In this document: in pieces, positions 57,904-64,000 of the stretch
Layout: each line of letters begins with the position of its first letter
Position numbering within the stretch: the stretch's first letter is position 1
Assembly: GCA_017625915.1 (NCBI GenBank)
Contig: JAGAJV010000038.1
Location: 5,471-69,470 of the forward strand
From: Clostridia bacterium
GTDB lineage: Bacteria > Bacillota > Clostridia > Oscillospirales > CAG-272
Direction of reading: 5' to 3'
Length of the DNA: 64,000 nucleotides
Position numbers and translations under genes: made by a program
Notes under the pieces: generated by a model
Seen by the model: only the letters and a program-made list of their open reading frames with translations
Told to the model about the DNA's origin: nothing
Database searches by the model: none

Positions 57904-58020
57904 AATTTTCCTTAGCCCTTTCATTTTTGTTCATAATTAATTTGTGTTTTTATTGATTAATTATGTTTAACAATTTTATAAGACTATGAAATTTAATTCC
58001 AAATAAAAAATTTAAATATA

Positions 58021-58060
58021 TTGACATATAAAATTAAATGTTTTATAATTAGTTAACTAA
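58021..58060 (+). promoter_or_regulatory. marR-family gene promoter with overlapping palindromic operator
   Basis: TTGACA (58021-58026), 17-nt spacer, TATAAT (58044-58049). The perfect palindrome TTAGTTAACTAA (58049-58060) abuts the -10 element. Confidence 0.55.
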
Positions 58061-58088
58061 CTAAATAATTAATTCAAAGGATATGAAT

Positions 58089-58544
58089 ATGGATGAGCTT
58101 AAGCTAGTTGAAATTGAATCGGTTTCTGAAACACCGATAATGGCATTAACAACATTACTTTCAAAAATTTATGAAGAGCAGGTTACAGAGCTTTCAGATG
58201 AACCGTTATTAAATCAAAAGGCTACTCGATTTATACTTGCGGTTTTATCAAAGCAAGAAGCTATTACTCAAAACGATCTTGTGCGAGTAACACACATGAA
58301 AGGCTCTACAATCAGTGTAACTATTGCTAAGCTTGAGGAAAAAGGAATGGTTTATCGTGAAGCAGATAGTTATGATATGCGTTGTGTAAGAGTATTTTTA
58401 ACAGAAAAAGGAAAAGCATTAAGCGAAAAGCGAAATGACATATTAAAGAAGATAGAAAACGAGGGCAAAAAGGACTTAACGCCAAGGGAAATAAAGGAAG
58501 CAATTTTTGTGCTTGAAACATATTTGAAAAATTTATTGAATTAA
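58089..58544 (+). CDS. MarR-family transcriptional regulator
   Basis: Winged-helix region (ITQNDLVRVTHMKGSTISVTIAKLEEKGMVYRE). ATG 58089, 8 nt after AAAGGA. Confidence 0.78.
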   Translation: MDELKLVEIESVSETPIMALTTLLSKIYEEQVTELSDEPLLNQKATRFILAVLSKQEAITQNDLVRVTHMKGSTISVTIAKLEEKGMVYREADSYDMRCVRVFLTEKGKALSEKRNDILKKIENEGKKDLTPREIKEAIFVLETYLKNLLN

Positions 58545-58547
58545 ATA

Positions 58548-58578
58548 AAAAGAGTTTGCAAAGCTATGCAAACTCTTT
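58548..58578. terminator. Bidirectional terminator
   Basis: AAAGAGTTTGCA...TGCAAACTCTTT 12-bp stem followed by TTTT. Confidence 0.8.
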
Positions 58579-58582
58579 TTTC

Positions 58583-58864
58583 TTATTTACCTTCTTTAAT
58601 AAGATGTTCAAGCCAAATGCTACCTAAATCAAGGGCTTCAAAAAGACCGTTTTTAAATGCCTGCTTACCTTTAACTAGCTTGCTTTTATCGTCAGTATGG
58701 CAAATTGATACCATAATCATATCAGGCTCGCCATTCTCCTTTTTGCTTAATATATTTAGCATAAGCATATACTTTTCATTAAGGTCACCGTAGCATATTG
58801 TGTCACCCTCACGAACAAGAGGAAGACCTTTGTACATTATATACTCGTTTTTATTTAATTCCAT
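58583..58864 (-). CDS. Hypothetical soluble protein (93 aa) just downstream of spoIIIAH
   Basis: SD AAAGGCGGAG. Own TTGACA-17-TAATAT promoter in the 74-nt gap. No family recognised. Confidence 0.55.
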   Translation of the reverse strand: MELNKNEYIMYKGLPLVREGDTICYGDLNEKYMLMLNILSKKENGEPDMIMVSICHTDDKSKLVKGKQAFKNGLFEALDLGSIWLEHLIKEGK

Positions 58865-58938
58865 TGTTGCTCCGCCTTTCTAAAATCTACTTATATATAT
58901 TACTATAATTTTTTAATTTTGTCAAGGCGATTAATAAT

Positions 58939-59499
58939 TTAATTTTTTTCTATAATTTTTAAATCTACAGGTAGAATGCCTGCTTGCTCGTAAACAATTT
59001 CATTAATCTGTGCCACTTGGCTGGCTAGTAAGCCCTCACTTTTAACTATAACAGTTGCCTTACCCTCACTAATTACTGTTATACATTCTTCAATTCCCTT
59101 AGCTTCAACTAAAGTCTCAATATTTGATTCATTTTCTATATCCTTTGCAATTTGTGCAATATCAGAAAGAGCAGATTCAACTGCTTCAGGTAAGGCAGCC
59201 TCGCTAGTTGCTACGCTTTGTAAAACCTCAAGAGCCTCATCTCTTGCTTGCTTACGGGAAAGAATTGTCTGTGCAAAATAATTTGATGTGTTAGGGTCAT
59301 TGTTTAGAGAATTATTAATATCTGTTCCATCTAAATCAATGTCAACATCCTTTGATGGCTCATTATCTTGATTATAAAGTATGTAGTTTACACCAACCGC
59401 TGTGCCAATTAATAAAACAGCACATATAATGATGAGATTTTTTGAGCCTAGCTTTTTTATAAAGCTTTTAAATTTGTTTGTTTTTTTCTCTGTGTTCAT
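58939..59499 (-). CDS. spoIIIAH: Stage III sporulation protein AH
   Basis: N-terminal TM, YFAQTILSRKQARDEALE segment, last gene of the operon. Confidence 0.85.
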   Translation of the reverse strand: MNTEKKTNKFKSFIKKLGSKNLIIICAVLLIGTAVGVNYILYNQDNEPSKDVDIDLDGTDINNSLNNDPNTSNYFAQTILSRKQARDEALEVLQSVATSEAALPEAVESALSDIAQIAKDIENESNIETLVEAKGIEECITVISEGKATVIVKSEGLLASQVAQINEIVYEQAGILPVDLKIIEKN

Positions 59500-59558
59500 A
59501 AATTTTCTCCTATTAAATTGATTACACTATAATTATATTTTTCTTTTGTGTGAATATG

Positions 59559-59993
59559 CTATCCAATGGAAACAATTTTAATTCTATTACTTGAAATTCC
59601 TAAATAGGCGCTGATAAGCTCTGTAATTTTCATTTTTGTTTCATCTTCATCGCCATTTGTGCAAGCAATAGCAACACCCCTTACTGTTGGGTAAATTTCA
59701 GTTATAGAAATAGGGGCGCCTTCGTTTGTTAATATATAATCTAGACCGCTTGAATTTTGTGCATATACCTTTTCCTCAGTTGTGTCTAAGGTAACAATTA
59801 CCTTTGCCTCATAAATACCATCTACCTTTTTTAAAAATTCTTCAATTTTCTTTTCTAAAGCCTCTGTATATAGATAGGATGAGGTATCCTTTTCATCTTT
59901 TTTTGAAAAATCAAATGAGCTTATTAATAACAGCAAAACTCCTATAATTACTAATGAGCATATTAAAATTTTATTTTTATATTTTTTAAACAT
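59559..59993 (-). CDS. spoIIIAG: Stage III sporulation protein AG
   Basis: N-terminal TM, VRGVAIAC and ISSNRIKIV C-terminal motifs, operon position. Confidence 0.85.
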   Translation of the reverse strand: MFKKYKNKILICSLVIIGVLLLLISSFDFSKKDEKDTSSYLYTEALEKKIEEFLKKVDGIYEAKVIVTLDTTEEKVYAQNSSGLDYILTNEGAPISITEIYPTVRGVAIACTNGDEDETKMKITELISAYLGISSNRIKIVSIG

Positions 59994-59997
59994 ATCT

Positions 59998-60480
59998 CTA
60001 CCGCCTTGTTACGGAGATATCACCTCCTATTATATTTTTAACATATTCTTTAACGGCATCGACATCAGTCCACGAGGCTTTGCCTGTTAAAATAATATTA
60101 ATTTTAGTAATTTTTATAGCCTCAATATAGCTTTTATCAATTTCTAAATCAATAATTATTTCTTTTTCATTAAATCCGAACTTGGTGATTAGTTCGTTTT
60201 TTATTCCCTTCGATATAGCATCTATACCTGTATTTATAATTATATCGTTTGAGCTATTGATTATGTCTTCAGTGGCAATTTTATCAAAAAGGTTCGATAT
60301 ATTGTTTTTTAATTCTGACATGTTTTTTACAATATTTGTTATGGGTGAAAGCATGCATATAACCATAAGAACACTAGTGAAATAGCTTACATATTTTTTT
60401 ATATTTCCAAATGAAGAAATATATGAATTTATTAATCCACCGACTACTGAAACAATTATTAATGTATATATGTAAATCAT
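59998..60480 (-). CDS. spoIIIAF: Stage III sporulation protein AF
   Basis: Start at MIYIYTLIIVS (TAATG overlap with the spoIIIAE stop); two TM segments plus a soluble domain; operon position. Confidence 0.8.
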   Translation of the reverse strand: MIYIYTLIIVSVVGGLINSYISSFGNIKKYVSYFTSVLMVICMLSPITNIVKNMSELKNNISNLFDKIATEDIINSSNDIIINTGIDAISKGIKNELITKFGFNEKEIIIDLEIDKSYIEAIKITKINIILTGKASWTDVDAVKEYVKNIIGGDISVTRR

Positions 60481-61625
60481 TATATTACCACCGATGTTTT
60501 TATCAAAATTGTTAATGCAAAAATGAATAAGATACAGGTACAAAGAACAAGAGCTAGTAAAAAACCGCAAATTGAACTAGCTTCGTCTAAAACACTATAC
60601 TCATTATTACAGCCTAATGCTTTTGCAATAGATGATGAAATACTATAAAGTAGTTTATTTAAAAGTAAAGAAATAATAACAGGTAGCATAATCAAAGCGA
60701 TCGCAATAATCGCAATTATTCCACAGGAATTTTTGATTATCGAAAGGCTTGAGGTTATTGTTCTTAGTGCATCATTAACTGTTGAGCCTACTATTGGTAT
60801 AAAGCTACTTATTGCAAATTTTGCGGTTTTAATTGACAGACTATCAGAGGCTTGTGAAATGATATTTTTACAGGATAACACAAACATAAAAATGGACATT
60901 ACAAAAACCGTTACACCTGTAAATGTATTTTTTAATGTTTTTGAAATTCCACTAAAGTCGTATTGCTTACTAAAAGATTTAATAATAGTTAAGCAAATGC
61001 AAATGTTTACAATCGGAAGCATAAATATCACTAAAAAATTTTCTATAATTGATATAAATAATACAAATGATGCATTCGCTATTCCACCACTTGTAATATT
61101 GCCAGTAATTATATATAATGTTGCCATTAAAGGTGCAAAGCTTTCCATTATATTGCATAGTGCAATTAGATAGTTACTTACAGTGCTTGCTAGGCTTGTA
61201 CATAGATTAAAAACTGTAATAGATATACATACTGAAGATGCTATAGTAAAAGATGATTTAACAGCATTTGACTTAAATGCTTCACTTAAAGTATTAAAAA
61301 TAGAGCATAATATAATTATTATTAAAATAGCACCAAAGCTTTTTGAAGCACTATTTAAGCCTAAAAACAGATAATCTAATATCAATTCTAACAAGGAAGC
61401 TTCATTAAAACTATCATTTATTATTTTATTAAATTCACCATTCCAAATTTCACTGGGTAAAAAATCAATAATTTCTTTAGGCAAGGCGCTTTTAAAGTCA
61501 TTTAGCTCATTTCTGATTTCGTTCATTATGTCATCACCAGGCTCAGTCGCTTGGCAATGCAATATAAATATAAATGGAACAATTAAAAAAATTATTACTC
61601 TTTTCATTTTAATAAACCTTGACAC
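60480..61625 (-). CDS. spoIIIAE: Stage III sporulation protein AE
   Basis: Signal sequence plus polytopic membrane protein, ~380 aa, operon position. The start could be 61625 or 61607. Confidence 0.85.
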   Translation of the reverse strand: MSRFIKMKRVIIFLIVPFIFILHCQATEPGDDIMNEIRNELNDFKSALPKEIIDFLPSEIWNGEFNKIINDSFNEASLLELILDYLFLGLNSASKSFGAILIIIILCSIFNTLSEAFKSNAVKSSFTIASSVCISITVFNLCTSLASTVSNYLIALCNIMESFAPLMATLYIITGNITSGGIANASFVLFISIIENFLVIFMLPIVNICICLTIIKSFSKQYDFSGISKTLKNTFTGVTVFVMSIFMFVLSCKNIISQASDSLSIKTAKFAISSFIPIVGSTVNDALRTITSSLSIIKNSCGIIAIIAIALIMLPVIISLLLNKLLYSISSSIAKALGCNNEYSVLDEASSICGFLLALVLCTCILFIFALTILIKTSVVI

Positions 61626-61987
61626 ATATCAAAAAGAGACTTTATAAGTGGTAATGTTAATACAAGTATTTCAGCCTTGGCAAAAAGAGAAACCTTATTA
61701 GCAATTCCGTTTTCGTTTGCATCTATACATATATCAGCAGTAAGCTCCGATATTATAGCGATTCCCAATATCTTGATTAGGGTTGGAACATAATTATGTA
61801 TTTCTGTGTTTTTTGTAATTTCGTCAATATACGAAAGCACAGGCAGAAATAATGCTAAAGAGATAATGGTTACTAAAACTGTAATACAAATTCTTACAAA
61901 TATAGAATATTCATTTCTAATACTTTTAAAAACAGAGCATAGAACAACACCACATAAAACAATTCCACAAAGCTTAAATTCACTCAT
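61604..61987 (-). CDS. spoIIIAD: Stage III sporulation protein AD
   Basis: 127-aa four-TM protein, operon position. Confidence 0.85.
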   Translation of the reverse strand: MSEFKLCGIVLCGVVLCSVFKSIRNEYSIFVRICITVLVTIISLALFLPVLSYIDEITKNTEIHNYVPTLIKILGIAIISELTADICIDANENGIANKVSLFAKAEILVLTLPLIKSLFDMCQGLLK

Positions 61988-62184
61988 AGCTGAAAACCAA
62001 AAACTCTTGAAAGGGTAGAAAACAAGCCTTCTAGCTCTGATATTATTAGTATCATTACGATTATAATACCAGCTATAGAAAGCATGGTTGCTTGCTCATC
62101 TCGTCCGCTCTTTGATAAAACCTGACAAGCTACAGAAATAAGCAAGCCTATTCCTGTAATTTTTAAAATAATTGAAACATCCAT
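61984..62184 (-). CDS. spoIIIAC: Stage III sporulation protein AC
   Basis: 66-aa two-TM protein (ILKITGIGLL...SKSGRDEQA...). Confidence 0.88.
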   Translation of the reverse strand: MDVSIILKITGIGLLISVACQVLSKSGRDEQATMLSIAGIIIVMILIISELEGLFSTLSRVFGFQL

Positions 62185-62193
62185 TAATTTCTC

Positions 62194-62643
62194 CTAAACA
62201 AGCAAAATAACGACTCCAAATCCAACAAAGAGTGATAGAGAGCGAAATATTTTTGCTTTTTTTGTAAATTCTATTTTCATTTTATCCCTTGATTTATCAA
62301 GTATCTTTAAAGTGTATTCGCATAAAGCTAGCTGTTCCTTTTTAAAGCCCTTTCCAATTCTTGCAAAAAAACACTTTATATCATTTGTAATTTCGTTTTC
62401 ACTTAAGTAAAGGTCGCATTGCTCCTTATTGGCAATCAAATCGTGCATAAATTTACTATTTGATTGATACCCCTTCAATATGTCATTAATAGGCAATGAA
62501 AAATACTCTATTTTAGTTTTTATATAACTTATTAAATCATAAAGCTCCTCTGTGACTTTTATGCGATTTTTTAAACTTTGTTCATAAAAAAAAGAGGAAG
62601 CAACTGATGCAAATATTATTAAAAGACTTCCAAACAGCTTCAT
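62194..62643 (-). CDS. spoIIIAB: Stage III sporulation protein AB
   Basis: N- and C-terminal TM segments with a helical cytoplasmic domain, operon position. Confidence 0.82.
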   Translation of the reverse strand: MKLFGSLLIIFASVASSFFYEQSLKNRIKVTEELYDLISYIKTKIEYFSLPINDILKGYQSNSKFMHDLIANKEQCDLYLSENEITNDIKCFFARIGKGFKKEQLALCEYTLKILDKSRDKMKIEFTKKAKIFRSLSLFVGFGVVILLV

Positions 62644-63545
62644 TTCAAGGAATTAAGAGTAAATTCATATTTTTTATCACCATACTCACGCGAAACACCT
62701 AAGGCATAATCAAACACACCATTATTTATGAGATTTTTAAAAATTTCCTTAGATAATAATTCTTTAAAATTATATGCGTGTGTAGTTGCAATTAGCTTAA
62801 CGCCTGCATTTGCAGAATGTAGTATTTCTTTAGCCTCTTCTATAGAAGAAATTTCATCGCAAATAATTAGTTGGGGAGTCATGCTTTTTGTCGCTAGTTC
62901 AATTGCCGTACCTTTTGGATATGAAACGAAAAAATCACCGTTTTCTGTGTGTTTAATGCAGGGGGTTATTTCCGCTCTTGTATCAATAACTGCATAACGA
63001 ATATTAGCGTTATTTGAAAGCTTATATATTAAATCTCTTAAAATTGTCGTTTTTCCAACCCCGGGTGGTGAATAAATAATAACCGACTTGTCAAAGTTGT
63101 TGTTTTTTAAAAAATTAAATAGGTATTTTGAAGCATTCTCAATATGTTGAGGTATTCTAAAATTAATCGACGAAATATCGCTTATGCCATTAATTTCCCC
63201 ATTTTCAATAATTGCTCGTCCACAAATTCCGGCACGAATACCACACCCTATGCTTATATATCCATGTTTTATAGTGTTTATATGCGCATATAAGGAATAG
63301 TCGCATATGCTTTCATAAACATCGTTTATATCATCCTCAGTTAGATAAATATCTGTTTTAACATTTTTGGAATCTGCAATAAGCATTATATAAGCATTTT
63401 TATGTAATCGGATTTCATTGATTGATTTATATGGATATTTTTCAAAATAATCAATTAGCTTGCTTTTTAATATGAAAGGTAATTTATTTAGGCAATACAC
63501 AAGAGCCTCATCAAATTTTTCCTTGTAACATATATCACATTTCAT
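62640..63545 (-). CDS. spoIIIAA: Stage III sporulation protein AA (secretion-type ATPase)
   Basis: SPPGVGKTT Walker A and LIICDEI Walker B; first gene of the operon; SD AAGGAGAG. Confidence 0.88.
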   Translation of the reverse strand: MKCDICYKEKFDEALVYCLNKLPFILKSKLIDYFEKYPYKSINEIRLHKNAYIMLIADSKNVKTDIYLTEDDINDVYESICDYSLYAHINTIKHGYISIGCGIRAGICGRAIIENGEINGISDISSINFRIPQHIENASKYLFNFLKNNNFDKSVIIYSPPGVGKTTILRDLIYKLSNNANIRYAVIDTRAEITPCIKHTENGDFFVSYPKGTAIELATKSMTPQLIICDEISSIEEAKEILHSANAGVKLIATTHAYNFKELLSKEIFKNLINNGVFDYALGVSREYGDKKYEFTLNSLK

Positions 63546-63634
63546 TTTTTCTCTCCTTAACTTGTCCTTTTACTAAAGTATATTCATAAAAAAGCATTAA
63601 AAGAACAAAAGCAAGGAAAAAATCCTTGCATTAA

Positions 63635-64000
63635 TTATTCGTTATTTTCTGGCATTGATAATGTATGTATAAAGCCCCTTGAATCAGCAGAGCATATGTC
63701 ACCTGCAATAACCTTATCACGGTATATAATTATATTTGCATAAACTGTTCCCTCATAATTGGGGTAATTTGTTACCTTGTAAGTATATCTTTTAGCTGTT
63801 TTCTTTTGATATTTTGTTAAATCTAACCCCTGTTGCTTTTGAATTTCGTTGTATGTAGTCAAAACCTTATCAAATTCCTTTGGAATAGTAATTTCACATT
63901 CTTCAATAGGCATTTCTTCAATTTCCCAACCATATTGAGATAAAAATTTAATTCCATCAGTAGCGTTTTTTATATTATCAAAAGAAATATTTTCATTCAT
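63635..64000 (-). CDS. DUF4830-like protein (possibly 5'-truncated by the window edge)
   Basis: LSQYGWEIEE...QQGLDL...YKV pattern. The Met at the very last window codon may not be the true start. A hairpin plus T-run follows its stop. Confidence 0.6.
   Translation of the reverse strand: MNENISFDNIKNATDGIKFLSQYGWEIEEMPIEECEITIPKEFDKVLTTYNEIQKQQGLDLTKYQKKTAKRYTYKVTNYPNYEGTVYANIIIYRDKVIAGDICSADSRGFIHTLSMPENNE

Overview
This window is an AT-rich, gene-dense core chromosome segment from an endospore-forming Firmicute (Clostridia-like). Nearly every long ORF is a recognisable housekeeping or sporulation gene. In order, these are:
- ileS (type 2, partial, with a T-box-like leader), glyQS, ptsH, uvrC, rsmD and coaD
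- a dcw cluster: mraZ, rsmH, a small tail-anchored protein, a PASTA-PBP, murE, murF, mraY, ftsW and murG, with no murD
- a lipoprotein with seven Flg_new repeats and an LRR tail, a MutS-like ATPase and rpmB
- a cdaA operon, recJ, relA and a hemZ-like gene
- a yabM-like flippase, hup, yabO, yabP and yabQ
- tRNA-Pro(GGG), then tig, clpP and clpX
- lepB, rbgA, rnhB and yraN, then rplS, yajC, murA and trmK
- spoIVB, sigG and the complete spoIIIAA-AH operon

I found no transposase, integrase, phage, CRISPR or recognisable defence genes. I therefore do not think the window holds a classical accessory island or a clear multi-gene novel system.

The most unusual item is a 45-codon ORF missing from the track (24889-25026). 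It is built from in-frame 24-nt tandem repeats, and 38 of its 45 residues are Asn or Gln. It has its own SD and intrinsic terminator and lies just upstream of cdaA.

Secondary oddities:
- The ileS leader has a clear T-box Stem I but no canonical T-box motif.
- The ftsL and divIC slots are non-canonical.
- cdaA and a ybbR-domain gene are coupled to a COG2509-type FAD protein instead of glmM.
- A 22-nt palindrome supplies both stop codons of a convergent gene pair.
- An SD is buried in the yajC terminator.
- The rluA-family gene is probably leaderless.
- sigG sits directly after spoIVB.

All calls rest on reading motifs by eye; no searches or folding were run.
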